Shown here piece after piece: positions 1-13,030 of a stretch of 64,000 nucleotides of DNA. The notes under the pieces are model-generated. The model had not been told where the DNA came from, made no database searches, and saw only the letters and a program-made list of their open reading frames with translations. Numbering within the stretch: the first letter of the stretch is position 1; every line of letters begins with the position of its first letter. The position numbers and the translations under genes are program-made. Origin of the DNA: Mobula hypostoma (Eukaryota); the NCBI RefSeq assembly GCF_963921235.1, contig NC_086097.1, forward strand, positions 131,628,001 through 131,692,000, in the 5' to 3' direction.

Positions 1-358
1 GCGTCTCCTCACCTGCTTATCACCTCCTATGGTGCCTCTCCTCCTTCCGTTTTTCCCATTGTCCACTTGTCTCTCCTACTAGATTCCTTTTTCTCTCGCC
101 CTTTACTTTTTTCCACCTATCACTTCCCAGCTTCTTTCTTCATTCCACCTCCCCCATCTACCTAGCTTCACCTATCACCTTCAAGTTTTTACTTCTTCCC
201 CTGCCCCCACCTTTTCATTTTGGCATCTTCCCCCTTTCCTTTCCAGTCCTGAAGAATGTCGACTATTTATTTCAGTACATGCTGCCTGAGCTGCAGAGTT
301 CTCCTGCACGTTGCGTGCGTTGCTCTAGATTTCCAGCATCTACAGAATTTCTTGTCTT
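1..358 (+). mobile_element. Penelope-like element 3' terminus (pseudo-LTR) fragment with decayed hammerhead
   Basis: Pyrimidine-rich tract, then cagtc-ctgaaga..atgtcgact and the tail gctgcctgagc...gatttccagcatctacagaattt. The same terminus follows the GIY-YIG ORF at 29337-30198. Confidence 0.7.
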
Positions 359-720
359 AAGAAATACCTGAGTTAGTTATGGGATGACTGAAACTACACC
401 GACGGCAACTCTATCTGTCCATTTCCCGATTGTGTGAATTCCTGCATTATGTAAATATACACTTGATCTTATAGTAGCCAACGGCAATCGGATTTTGGTC
501 CACAGTCAGCACTGCTGGAAAAGTCTCAGTTGGCAGGGCTCTCTGCTCTGAGCCAGATAATTGTGGATTTGCATCTTGCTCCTCAGCCCTGAGTCCACAA
601 GTGAGACTGACTAAATGGAGAAGCACTTCAACATGCATCCAACAAAATGTTAATCTGAGGGTTTACTTTAAAATATCTCCGGTCGTTATCTGGATGATTA
701 GAAAGGAAGGGCTCTCTAAA

Positions 721-1955
721 TTCAAAGTAAATTTATTATCAAAGTACATATACGAGGGGTGATTGATAAGTTCATGAAGTTGAAGGAGATGAGGAGGAAC
801 TTCAAACATTCTGCATTTTCACTCAAAGAGTTGAACTGCATGTGCATGTAACAAGAGCTGTATAACTCATCTCCTTCTACGCAAGGCCACAAACTTAATC
901 ACCCCTACTGTGGACCACCTGGAGGTCCAAGGCCCTCTCGTTCCATGTATGTGCAGTTCAACTTTTTGAGTGATAATGCAGAAAGTTTGAAGTTAATAAC
1001 TCAACTCCTTCTACCCCAGGCCACAAACTTATCAATCACCTCTCATACACCACCATAGACAATCCTGAAATTCATTTTCCTGTAGGCATATTCAGCAAAC
1101 CTATAGAATAGTAACAATGGCAGAATGAATGAAAGACTGCACCAACTTGGGTGTTCAATCTATATAAAAAAGACAGCAAACTGTGCAAATAAAAAAGAAA
1201 GAAATAATAATAATAAATAAGTTTGCAAGAAATATTGAGAACATGAGATGAAGAGTCCTCGAAAGTGAGTCCATAGGTTGTGGGAACATTTCAATGATGC
1301 GGCAAGTGAAGTTGAGTGAAGTTATCCCCTCCAGTTTGACAGCCTGATAGTTGATAGGTAATAACTATTCCTGAATCTGGTGGAGTGAGTCTTGAGGCTC
1401 CTGTATCTTCTTCCTGATGGTAACAGAGAGAAGAGGGCATGTCCTGAATGACAGGGGTCCCTGAAGACAGAGGCTGCTTTCCTGCGACAGCTTTTCATGT
1501 AGATGTGCACAATGGTTGGGAGGGTTTCACCCGTGGTGGGCTGGGCCATATCTACTATTTCTTGGTTGATTTTCTGTTTAAGAACATTGATGTTTCCGTA
1601 CTAGGCTGTGATGCAGCCAATCGCTATACTCTCCACTACACATCAATGGAAGTTCGTCAAAGTTTTAGGTGTCATGGCTAATCTTCGACAACTCCTAAGG
1701 AAGTAGAGGCTCCTCCATGCTTTCTTTGTAATTGCATTTACGTCCTGGGCCCAGGACAGGTCTTCTGAAATAATAACACTGCAGAATTTAAAGTTGCTGA
1801 GCCTCTCAACCTCCGATCCTCCGAAGAGGACTGACTCATGTACATCTGGTTTCCTTCTCCTGGAGTCAATAATCAGCTCCTCAGTCTTGCTGATATTGAA
1901 TAACAGGTTGTTGTTATGGAACCACTCAGCCAGGTTTTCAATCTCCCTCCTATAT
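721..1955 (-). mobile_element. Rex1/Babar-type LINE, 5'-truncated and degenerate
   Basis: ORFs 1643-1969 and 1322-1549 encode the RT C-terminus (YRREIENLAEWFHNNNLLFNISKTEELIID; HSGHALFSLLPSGRRYRSLKTHSTRFRNSY). The 3' UTR ends in AATAAA plus (tttgaa) repeats. Confidence 0.85.
753..1045. mobile_element. Tc1/mariner-type MITE nested in the Rex1 3' UTR
   Basis: TIRs cgaggggtgattgataagtt / aacttatcaatcacctctca with TA on both sides (751-752, 1046-1047), plus long internal inverted repeats. Confidence 0.8.
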
Positions 1956-2064
1956 GTTGTCCTGGCCAAAGTTTAATCCTCAGAAACATCACCAAAATAC
2001 ATTACCTCGTCTTTATGTCAGTATTGTTTCTGGGAGCCAGTTGTGCACGTAAAAGTGACCGGAA

Positions 2065-2490
2065 TTTCGTCATCCGCTTTCCCTCTTGTTCCCATCCACC
2101 CATTATCCTTTACCTGTCTGATCCACTTATCACCTTCCTTTCTCAACAAATTCCATTATCTGTAGCCCTCTATAGTCTTCATTTATCACTTCCTGCCTTT
2201 TGTTGGTTTCACTATCTTTCCTTCTCCCATCTGGATCCATCTGCCCATCAAACACTCCTCATCGGGATCTGTCTATTGCTTTTTGGCTCTTGTTTCACCA
2301 TTACCCCCATCCTCCCATCACCTCTTTATACTGGCCATTTGCCATCTACATTCTCAGTCCTGGTGAGGGATCTCTACCCGAATCATTGACCATCCCTTTA
2401 CTTCCACGGATGCTGCTTGACCCATGGGGTCAACTTACTTTTTTTTTGCCTCAGGTTCTGGCATCTGCAGTCTGTTGTGTCTTGTCTTCC
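2065..2490 (+). mobile_element. Old Penelope-like terminus fragment
   Basis: CT-rich tract, decayed hammerhead cagtc-ctggtga-gggatctctaccc-gaatc-att-gacc (2355-2391) and an atgctgcttgaccc...gcatctgcag tail. Confidence 0.6.
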
Positions 2491-3134
2491 AGAAAAATGA
2501 TTAATTAGCTGGAAACGTACTGGGAAATCCCAATATTGTGAAAGGTGCTATACGAATGAAAGTCAAGATTTCTTTCGCTGCTGGATGAATAAATGTTGCT
2601 GGATATTTTCAGTATAAGGTACTTGGAGTATATAAATGGGACCTCCCAGCAATCTGATGGCAAAGTTCCCAGAATCAAACAGTAATAAATTTAATTCACC
2701 TTGCTGGGTAATTAATGTAACTGCTCTAATTTATACTGGTCTTTCAAATAGGATAGCTAAGACAAAGATCTATATTACAAACGGCAGCAATCAAACTGTT
2801 GATTCATTCACCACCTATTTACATACTTTTGTTTAAATGCTGCAGCTCATGCATGAAAAAAAAATTAGACCTGCCAGGGATTTGCTTATATTTGAATAAA
2901 ATTGTCATTTTGATTTCACAAAAGCCAACTTTTTCCGATTTCGATACAGACGTGAGGATTAGACCTAAACATGGATCAAGTAAAATGTATCTTGTCTTTT
3001 ATACCTTCAAGTCTCTTGTCATTGTTTCAAGACCTTTTCGAGCTTACTTTTTCTTTATATTTCTAACAGAAATACTTTGCGGCAGGATATTGAAGGATAA
3101 GGCTACAAGCCATTATTTTCTGATATAGCAAACA

Positions 3135-4190
3135 ATCAAATAAAGGCACAAGAGAATGCAAGTGCTGGAAAATGGAGCAACACACCAAATGCTCAGCAGG
3201 ACAGGCAGCATCAATGGTGCAAAATGGACAGTCGATGTTTTGGGTCGTGCCCCTTCTTCTGGACTGAAAGAAGGAGTAAGATAGCCAGGATAACAGGTGA
3301 GGGAGGGGTAGAGCAAGAACTGGCAAGTGATCCCAGCGGGGAAATTAATAGATGACCGTGGGGTGGGAGGGGAAAGAGTGGGATGTAATAAGTGGAAGTA
3401 ACTCAAGGCTGAAGATGATGGAATCTTATAAAAGAGGAAAGTGGAGCATGAAGTAGACAGAGGGAAATGACTGGGTGATGGGGCAGATGAAGGATGGTGG
3501 GGAGGGTAAAGGGAGATGGAGGGCTGGAGAGATTGCGAGATGGGGGTTAGTTGGATCAGGAGGAGAGAGGAAAGGAAAGAGGGCAAAAGGTCTGGGGGGA
3601 GTGTTACTGGAACTTTGAGAATTTTGTGTAGTGCTGTCATGCTAGAGAATACAGGAAGAATATAAGGTTCTGTAGGCCATTGAGCCTGCCCACATTCAAT
3701 ATCATCATTGCTGATTAACAATCACAACAACACTTCCCTCTCATTGGTGACCTCCTTGCTTTCAATACACCAGTGAAAGGTCACTGAGGCAGGCAGTGAC
3801 TGTGGACAGTTGGTATTTTGGGTGGAGAAGGAGAGATAACCAGTAGAAAATGGTAGAGGGAAAGGGTGAAGCAGAAGATAGCAGGTAATAGGTGGATCCA
3901 AGTGAAGGAGAGGTGATAGACAGTTCAGGGAGTAGGAATATTGGCAGAAGCTTAGAGGTGTAGGTGGAGTGATCATAGGGCTAAAGATGATGGGATTTTA
4001 TAACAGGAAGGTGGAGCTCAGAATCATTACCCTGGTTCTCTTCCCCAACTGATCTCATCTGCCCTCTTATGCGGAGGGCAGATGGGATCAGTTGGGGAAG
4101 AGATCCAGGGTAATGGGGACTGGGTAAATCAGCATAGATGAAGGGGACTGGGCAGATGGGTGTTACAACAACCCAATAAATCATTAATCA
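3135..4190 (-). mobile_element. Two old Penelope-like terminus fragments
   Basis: Reverse-strand tail (aagagaatgcaagtgctggaaa...aaatgctcagcaggacaggcagcatc), decayed hammerhead at 3229-3266 and GA-rich tracts. Confidence 0.55.
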
Positions 4191-4359
4191 GTGTCTCTGG
4201 TGCCTTGTTTACTCTTTCTTGTTAGGATGGTTCCAGGATTTTAGAAGATGAGGGTTATGGCCTCTGATGCTTTTTGTTTGACATTATCTGCAGGCATTCT
4301 TGAAGCAAAGGAGAGGAGATTGAATGCAATTGAACATCAGAGTGGCCTTCCAGGATGAG

Positions 4360-4630
4360 GGGCCACCTCACTGTTTCTGCAACTTGGGTTCGATTCCAAC
4401 CTCCGGTGCTGCTCAGGCAGACTTTGTGTGCACTCCTCGTCTCTATCTACATTTCCTCTGGGTGCACCAGTTTCCTTGCACATCACAAAGATATCCTGAG
4501 TGTAGATAATAGAGAAATATTAAAGGGTATTTGTGAGGGAAAGGGTTACAGAGATACAAGTGGGAGGGATGAGTTCGATGGAGTTGCTATGAGAATTGGC
4601 TTAGACTTACTGGCCTGCATGGTCAACCTA
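4360..4630 (+). mobile_element. tRNA-derived HE1/V-SINE-like element
   Basis: B-box-like gggttcgattcc, followed by the V-domain-like tttcctctgggtgcaccagtttccttgcacatcacaaaga. Confidence 0.55.
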
Positions 4631-4693
4631 ACTCGCCCAGGCTGACCAGGTTGCCTACCTAAGCTAGTCCCATTATTGTGCATCTCTCTAAAC

Positions 4694-4772
4694 CAGGGGT
4701 TCCCAACCTGGGGTCCAAGGACCCCTCAGTTAATGGTAGGAGTCCATGGCATAAACAAGTTGGGAACCCCTG
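4694..4772. mobile_element. 79-bp hAT (Charlie/MER5-like) MITE
   Basis: 14-bp perfect TIRs caggggttcccaac / gttgggaacccctg and an imperfect 8-bp TSD (ctctaaac / ctacaaac). Confidence 0.8.
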
Positions 4773-5519
4773 CTACAAACCTTTTTCATCAATATATCTA
4801 TAGAAAAGGTCTCTCAAACATTGCAAGTTTAGAAATATCAGTTTAGAAGAACATGAGGAGATCTTTTTGAGAGTTGGCAGTTCCTGAGAGAGACTGAACT
4901 GATAATGGCTGTTTCCTATGTTTGGAGAATCTAGGATCAAGGGATACATGCTCATGGTTAAAGACTGCATACTTAGAAGTGAAATGAGGAAAAGGTTTGT
5001 TCAGAACTGTGTGAATCATTTATGTCCCCTACCCCATTGGTCATTAGGTGTATTCAGGACTGAGAATGGATTCCAAGGCACAAGGAGAACTAAAGATTCT
5101 GTGAACTGGTAAATGAGCTCGAGGAAAGTAAGGGCTTGTTCTTAGCAATGATACTATTAAATGCCAGGAAATACATCCCACTCTCAGGCTGAACATCCCA
5201 CTCTCTCATTTTGTTTGTTCTCGCACAGCATAACTGGGTGCCAGTTTATGCTGGATCTCTGGAGACGCGTGCTCTTTAACTGTCCCCAGGCACAGTACAA
5301 GAACTGAGTGCATATTTCCCAGGCCTGCTTATACTCTTATTCAAAAGGTGGTTGAGGATGTATGAGGGTGAGTACCTTGCAGAATCTCCTTCCATTTGCT
5401 CGCAGGCACGGATGCCAACTCTCATCCTCTTAAACTAGCGAAGGAACACCTGAAACTTGTTCCCCTTTTCCTTTCGCAAGTTGAATAAGTTGTGGCAGGG
5501 AAATTCAATCAACTGAAAA

Positions 5520-6482
5520 TGGGTTTGAGTGTGCCATAGTTTGTGTGGCTTCAGAGCTATGTGTCAGACATGTGTATAAGTAGCACTGGGCCCCCACGGG
5601 GACTGTATTGGCTCCCTTTCTGTTTACCCTGTATACCTCGGACTTTAGATACAACACTGAGTCATCATCTGCAGAAATTCGTTGACACCTCAACAAAAGT
5701 TCGGCATATAGAGGGAGGATAGGAGAATGAATACAGGGCCCTGGTGGAGGACTTTGTCAAAAGGTGCGAGCTGAATTTTCTGCAGCTCAACATCAGTAAG
5801 ACAAAAGAGATGGTGACGAACTTTAGGAAGGCTCAGCCTGCACTGCTCCCTGTTACTATTGATGGTGAGGACCTACGAGTACCTGGGGGTGTGCCTGGAT
5901 GACAGACTTGTGTGGACAAACAACACAGAGGCTGTGTATAAGAAGGGCCAGAGTCGCCTCTACTTTGGCGTTTGCAAGCCTCTCCTTCATATGTTCTATC
6001 AGTCTGTTGGCACCAGTACAATCTTCTATGTGGTGGTGTGCTGGGGCAATGGCATCAACAAGGGTAATGCCAACAGGGTCAATAAACTGATTAGAAAGGC
6101 TAGCTCTGTTTTAGGAGTCAAACTGGACACACTGGAGGCTGTGATAGAACAAAGGCCCCTACAGAAAATCTTGACAATTCTGGACAATATTTCTCACCTT
6201 CTGCATGCCACCTCAGCTAAATGGAGGAGCAGTTTTAGTAATAGGCTAAGACAACTGCACTACTTCAAAGAGCATTATATGAGGTCATTCTTACCCTTGG
6301 CCATTAGGCTCTATAATGAGCCAACCTATAGCCGGGGAAGTGATCACCCCCTCCTGTTAGACTGTTTGTGGTAACTTATTTTTTATTCTTTATACTTTTC
6401 TTCTAATGTTTATATCTATGCACTTATAATGCTACTGTGACACTGTAATTTCCTTTGGGACCAATAAAATATCTATCTATCT
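5520..6482 (+). mobile_element. Rex1/Babar-type LINE 3' part
   Basis: ORF 5859-6374 (YEYLGVCLDDRLVWTNNTEAVYKKGQSRLYF...SFLPLAIRLYN). The 3' end has AATAAA plus (atct)n. Confidence 0.85.
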
Positions 6483-7029
6483 TATTAATTTACTTTGATT
6501 TGAGTATTCCTTGGAGCAAAGGAGATGAAACAATGATCATGAGGGACATAGACAGGGTGAATATACTCAATCCTTTTCTCAGCATTGGGGAATAAAGAAC
6601 TAGAAAGCACTGGTGACAGGACTTAATAGGAATTTGAGAGACAACTTTTTTTTTAATACAAATATTGGAATCTATGTGAAATCAGCTGCCAGAGGAAGGG
6701 GTGAAGCAGGTACAATGACAGCTTTCAAAAGACAGTTGGACAGGTACGTGACTGGAAAGGTTTAGAAGTTCAAGGGCATTAACTTGGAGTGGACATTTTG
6801 GTTGGCACGGACTAGTTGGGACAAAGGACTTGTATAACTTATTGAGTTTGTGATCTTGGGAGCAGAAATAACAGGGAGTGGGTGAACAATGGCTGCAGTA
6901 TGGCACTGACTACAGCCAAGAGAATATGTTATTCTTGTGTGCAAGGGTAGGTTACAGGGAACAAAGTTAGAGAATAGAATTAATGGAACTGCCCTGGGAT
7001 CTGGCACAGCCTCAATATAAAGTCCTTTG

Positions 7030-8250
7030 TCAAAATTAGAATCTGATTTATATGATGTGAAATTTGGTGTTCTGTGGCAGCAGTACCAAATAAAGTAATA
7101 AAGTTACTATAAAATTGAAAAAAATTCCAAATAAAAGGAATAACATGAAGGTGCTCATTGGTTCATGGACCACAGTTCAAAGCAAACTTATTATCTAAAT
7201 ACATATATGTCACCATATAGAACCCTGAGATTCATTTTCTTGCGGGCATACACAGTAAATCCAAAAAACACAACAGAATCAATCAAAGACCACACCCAGT
7301 AGACAGCCGACAAACAATCAAAGTGCAAAAGACAACATGAGAACATGTAACGAACAGACCTTGAAAGTGAGTCCATAGGTTGTGGAAACAGGTCAGTGGT
7401 GGAGTGAGTGAACTTGAGTAAAGTTATCCCCACTGGTTCAGGAGCAAGGTTGGGAGGCAATACTGTTTCTGAACCTGGTTGTACCATCTTCCTGATGACA
7501 ACAGCGAGAAGAGAGGTGGCCTTGGTGATGGGGTCCTTGATGATGGATTGTTACTTTCCTGCAACAACGCTCCGTGTAGATGTGCACAGTGGTGAGCTGG
7601 GCTTTACCCATGATGGACTGGGCCATACCCACTATTTTTTTGGTAGGATTTTCCATTCAAAGGCATTGGTGTTTCCATACAGGCTATGATGCAACCAGTC
7701 AAAATACTCTGCACCACACATCAATAGAAGTTCATCAAAGTTTTAGACGTCACGTCAAATCTTCGCAAACTCCCAAGTTTCCATGCTTTCTTCATGATTG
7801 CACTTCTGTGCTGGGTCCCTTGGAATGATGACACCAAGGAATTTAAAGCTGCTGACCCTGTCTGTCTCTGATCGCTTGATGAGGACTGGCTCAAGGACCT
7901 CTTCCTGAAGTCAATAATCAGCTCCTTGGTCTTGCTGCCATGGAGTGAGAGGTTGTTGCTGTGGCACCATGCACAGCCCGTAGCGCATTGCAGTGGTTCA
8001 CTGGTGCCATCTTGGTAAAGCTGGACCATTTAGATATCTGGTAGTGGAGGGGAAGAGGCTGTTCCTGAATTGTTTAGTCTTCGGACTTCTGTACCTCCTC
8101 TTTGTTGGTAGCAATGAGAAGAAGACATGTGCCAGATGGTGAGAAAACTTGGCGGTGTATGCTGCCTGCTTACAGAGGTCCTCAGTGGCGGGGTGGCTGT
8201 TACCATGATGGAGCTGGCTGAGCCTCTGCCATTTGTGAAAGGCATGTCTT
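7030..8250 (-). mobile_element. Two nested or adjacent Rex1/Babar LINE fragments
   Basis: WCHSNNLSLHGSKTKELIIDFRK and TTRFRNS motifs on the minus strand. The 3' UTR is homologous to that of 721-1320. Confidence 0.7.
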
Positions 8251-8569
8251 TACTTAAAAGAATACAATTAGCAATCATGAATATTCCCTGAAACAAAAGC
8301 TTTGGTCTAATTTTCTTCCCTGTTTCCAACCTATTGTGAGAGGTGAGGCTCCTTGCTGAGACCATATTAACCTATGATTACTCTTTACCTGTGTTAATGT
8401 ACATCAATTATTTGGCAGATTTTATAGACCTCTGCTCCTGCCGAGGTGGAGATGTGTCTGCTGGAAAATACACACTGTCAGCTGCTCGTGTGCAGTGCGT
8501 AGAGCCAAATATGTTTCATTTTCAATTCATAATGTATGAACTCAAAAATCCTAAATGAAAATGACACTT

Positions 8570-8835
8570 ACACTTGTATACTTCCTCAGCATCCATTACG
8601 TATTTTAGTCAGATGTCTCCACTTCTCTGATGCAGGAAACACAGCCAGCAACTGGTGCACAGCAAGATCCCACAAATCACATCGCGATTGCCTGCTTTAA
8701 AGTGAGTTTCACTGATCCGTGATGTTCATGACACAGGGGAGAACTTGGTCATCTTCAATATAGAGCCATGGAAGCCTTTATCTCCTCTTGGGAAGACAGT
8801 GTCTCTCACAATGTACTGGGACGTCAGGTTTGAAC
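8570..8835 (-). mobile_element. Deu-domain SINE (SacSINE1/AmnSINE-like), old
   Basis: gcaggaaacacagccagcaactggtgcacagcaagatcccacaaa...gacacaggggagaac...atagagccatgg resembles the reverse-complemented Deu-SINE body as recalled. Confidence 0.55.
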
Positions 8836-9523
8836 TGCTGTCAGGTTTGATTTTTTTTTGATTAAGAAGTTGTTAAGGTCTGTGGAAGCCTCGTCTGCTT
8901 TTGCCAAAATAAATCATCAAGGATACTTCCCAGCATTCATTGCATGCTCCCAGCTTTCACATTCACTGTTCTGTTACATGTGCTATGTATAGTATGTAAG
9001 TATATTTGTATACACACCGTATCATATAATCATATATAATCAACACCCAGTCATGCACTCGCAAATGTATTGAAGTCATTCACGACTTATTGGGTTGTGC
9101 TTCTGCTACTGGGTGTGAATATCATGGGATTCAAGCCCTATTCCAGAGTGCAAGTATCTAGTATGGCTCGACAGTGCAGTATTGTCCAACCTCTTCTGGA
9201 TTATGCAGTAAGCTATAGCCCTGTGTGTGTTAATGATCATGTGATGCCTTCTTGGCGATGAGCAGAGTGATCTCAGATCCCTCATCCATGCTAGTACTGT
9301 ATTTGTCCATCGATTGTCAGTGAAACAACTCATCATTTCATCACATTGCTTCTGACGTGCACAAACTTCCCACATCACAGCAGTCAATACACTCCAGAAG
9401 TACTTCAATAGCTACAAATTGCTTTGTAATAAACAGAAACTATGAACAGATAGTAGAAATGATATATACTCGCATGCTCACACTCACCATGCACACACTT
9501 GCACATACTCTGATGCTGACTCA

Positions 9524-10988
9524 CTTCTTCTTCGGTTGTCCATTGAAATCCAATGACGATGTCCACTCCTTTGAGATCCTTGATGACTATACAGTCCTAT
9601 CCTGGACCCACAAGCTCTATTGCAGGTGGGACATGTATATGTGGTAGTGATGGTAGTGGTGGCAATCATGGCTGCATTTATCCTGGCTCTCTCCTGCTGT
9701 CTCCTGGTTGTTCTTTCCATCTCCAGAATATGAACCCCGTTCCTACACAGCTGTCGCCACGTGGCACGGTCAGCAGCAACATCCTCCAGGTCCTTGGGTC
9801 TGATCTTGCACTTCCTTAAAGCATTCTTCATCTGATCCTTATAGCGCTTCGGCCTTCCAGCTGAGCGTCGACCATGATGTAGCTGGCCATATAACACTCT
9901 GCGGGGTAGCCGACATGGGGGCATCCTTATCACGTGCCCCAGCCACTGCAGCTGACGCTGGGCGATCATAGCTTCAATACTCCTGCAGTTAGTCTTTACA
10001 AGTATTTCAGTGTGAGGCACCCGCTCACGCCAGTAATTCCCAGGATGTGCTGGAGGCAGCTTATGTTGAAGCTCTCCAAGGACTTGATGTGATGGCTGTA
10101 GGTTACCCAATCTTCACAGCTATAAAGGAGGGTGGTGACACAGACCGCTTGGTGTACAGTGACCTTTGTGGAGGGACAAAGGCTCCTGTTCTGAAAGACT
10201 CTATGCCCAAGTCTCCCAAAGGCAGCTGATGCCTGTTTAACATGGCTCTGGACGTCATTGTCAATGCCGCTATCCTCAGAGAGAGTGCTCCCCAGATATT
10301 TGAAAGATGGCACTACTGACAGCTTTTCGTCACCAACAGTGAAGGCAGGTAGAGTGGGTGGGACACTGGTACTCCATTGGCAAACCACTTCTGTCTTGGT
10401 GGTATTGACAGTCAGGCCCATCCTGCTGTATGCTCTCACTGCCACAGCAAGGACTGTCTGAAGATCCTCTGGAGTATGGGCCACAAGTGCACAGTCATCT
10501 GCACACTGCAGCTCCAGGACCCACTCTCTACGGAGTTTTGTGGTTGTGTGGAGCCTTCTGATGTCAAAGAGGTTGCCATCTAATTTGACGTCCACTGCCA
10601 CACCGCTGCTGTCTTCAATCTCGTTGTGGAGAAGCTTGGTAACACACAAGAGGAAGATGTTAAAGAGCACGGCGCTAGCACACACCCCTGCCTCACCCCT
10701 GTGCGTACAAGGAAGGGCTCGGACTCTTGTCCTCCTACGGTCACCCGAGCAGGCATCCCATCGTGGAACTGGCAGAGGATGTTAACAAAATTATTGGGAC
10801 AGCCAAACCTGAGGAGGACATCTCATTAGAGCTCTCTTTGCACAGTGTCTAATGCTTTGGAGAGGTTGACAAAGGCCATAAACAGGTCCTGATGTTGCTC
10901 CCAGCACTTTTCCTGAAGCTGCCGGGCTGTGAAGATCATGTCGATCGTGCTCCTGTTTTTCCTAAATCCACACTGTGATTCAGGCAGC
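9524..10988 (-). mobile_element. RTE-clade LINE, 5'-truncated, frameshifted
   Basis: LPESQCGFRKNRSTIDMIFTARQLQEKCWEQ; ELQCADDCALV; QLQWLGHVIRMPPCRLPRRVLYGQL; C-terminal CPTCNRACGSRIGLYSH zinc finger; 3' stem-loop and (GAA)n tail. Confidence 0.92.
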
Positions 10989-11420
10989 GTTGACTTGTGC
11001 GCGCGTGCACACACACACACACACACATATATATGCATATACCTACAAACATACATTCACACATACATAAACAATTGCAGAATCGCCTTGTGCAAGAATG
11101 GGAACTTCTAACTTAGTTGATGTGTCTTTTGAATTTGTTGCTCCATCAACAGACCACACTGCTGGAAGAAGTGTAACATATTTTATGGAATCATTAAGAG
11201 TTCTGCACACAGACATCCATATTCAATATCAGTAGGCTCCTGCTCTAATTCACATTCTCTCTCATTGCAATGCTAAAATAATATATTTGGTGATCTGTCA
11301 TCATTCTAAGACTGGTCAGACCAAGGAACATGGCCACTGTAAGAGAAGCAGCTGAGAGAGTTAATACCATCACCAATTCATAACTCGAAGGGGAAATTAA
11401 TATCTAGCAGAGGACAGGAC

Positions 11421-11846
11421 ACCTCCAAGAAGATGACAACCTTGTCATGGTTTTGAGGCTCGTGTGCCTCGATGACCCAGAGAGCTATGCTGGCTGAAGT
11501 CCGTGCTTTCTGCTTTGGCTCTTGGTAGGGTCACTCATGCCAAATGAATCGAAGGGTAGAGGCCAGATTAAGAATGGTCCACTGATCACCCAGGTTTGGG
11601 GGTTCAGCTCAAGGCTAACAACCCTGACTGGTAAAACAAAGTAGCTACGGAAACAGCAATGAAGAAGCTTCCTACATCTCAGTACGATGGTATTACTGAG
11701 TCTCCACCCAGGACTTGCATGACTGACTGTAGTGAAAACTGCAAGGAAGCTATTGCCACGATGAAGGAAGTGCTAAACACCACCTGTGATGGAGGACCTT
11801 CATTGCTGCCCTAAATGTCAGCGGCATAATGGGCAGTAAGTAAGTC
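11421..11846 (+). mobile_element. Non-autonomous bipartite RTE/Expander-type retroposon
   Basis: 10-bp TSD aggacaggac (11411-11420 / 11847-11856), an Expander-like structured 5' UTR, a ggctaacaaccc hairpin and a (TAAG)n tail. No ORF. Confidence 0.7.
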
Positions 11847-11866
11847 AGGACAGGACTAACATTACA

Positions 11867-11942
11867 AACAAGAGAAAATCTGCAGATGCTGGAAATCCAA
11901 ACAACACACACAAAATGCTAGAGGAACCCAGAATTTTTGCTG
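11867..11942 (-). mobile_element. 76-bp Penelope-tail micro-insertion
   Basis: 15-bp TSD aggactaacattaca (11852-11866 / 11943-11957) flanking aacaagagaaaatctgcagatgctggaaatcc... Confidence 0.75.
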
Positions 11943-12108
11943 AGGACTAACATTACACGATAGATGCACAGGAAGGAAAATTAATGGAAAATATTGGTAA
12001 AAAATGTTTTGTGTTGAAGATATAAAACACAAGCAATTTCATGTTTTGTGGTTGCTGACTTAAGGTGTTTCTATAAGGGAACATTTTACATCTCATAGTC
12101 CCTTACAG

Positions 12109-12353
12109 CAGGGGTCCCCAACCTTTCTCGCACCGTGGACCAGTTTAATATTGATGATATTCTTGTGGACCGGCTGACAGGGGGTGGGGTGGTGGGGTGG
12201 TGTTCAAGTTCAACAGTGCGTGACAGGGAATGAGGAAAGGTGCAGCTGACTCATATCGTTTCATGTCGCCAAATCATATCCTTTCCTTACGGCCCGGTAG
12301 CACATGCTTTGCGGCGTAGTACTGGTCCGCGGCCTGGTGGTTGGGGACCACTG
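12109..12353. mobile_element. hAT (Charlie-like) MITE
   Basis: TIRs caggggtccccaacc / ggttggggaccactg and a perfect 8-bp TSD ccttacag (12101-12108 / 12354-12361). Confidence 0.9.
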
Positions 12354-12469
12354 CCTTACAGCATAAAAACTGGCCATTTCAGTCCATGACAACTCACATG
12401 GTAATACTCTTCCCCAAGAGATTTCCCTGTAACTTCTTCCCATATACCAACAATTTCTGTTGTTCATCA

Positions 12470-13030
12470 GTCAGAGCACCAAATATAGCAGTCAGCAGTT
12501 TATGATACGGTTCTAAAACACATTGGTGAGGCCTTACCTGGAGTATTGCATCACTCTTGGTCACCCTGCTACAGGAAAGATATTATTGTACTGGAAAAGG
12601 TGTAGAAAAGACTTACAAGGGAGTTGTCAGTACTTCAAGCACTGATTTATAGGGAGAAACTAGACATTATTCTTTGAAGTGTAGGAGACTGAGAGGTAAT
12701 CTTGTAGAGGTGTATAAAATTACTAGGGGCATAGAGAAGGTGAATGCATTCAGTCTTTTCCCCAGGGTTGTGGAATCAAGAACTATGGGGTATGGGTTTA
12801 AGGTGTGAGGGAACATATCTAATAGAAACCTGAGGGACAACATTTTTACTCAGAGTATGGTCAGTATTTTGAATGAGCTGCCAGAGGAAGTGGTTACAAT
12901 AATAATTTTTAAAAAACAGTGGACTGGTACACGAATTGGAAAGGTGTAGAAGGTTATTGGCCAAACTCTTGCAAATTGGACTCGTTCGGATGGACGCTTT
13001 GCTTGGCGTGGACTAGTTGACCAATGATGC
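12470..13030 (+). mobile_element. CR1 LINE 3' fragment
   Basis: Degenerate LVRPYLEYC...RRLRGNLVEVYKI...FFTQSMV motifs. Confidence 0.75.

Noticed and set aside
447..638. 63-aa ORF as a coding exon
   Set aside because: No recognisable domain and no convincing splice context.
4360..4420. tRNA gene
   Set aside because: Only a B-box-like motif of a SINE head. No cloverleaf.
11595..11630. GGCTAA-CAACCC as the J4/2 of an HDV ribozyme
   Set aside because: It closes a simple local hairpin. No P1, P3 or P1.1 could be placed.
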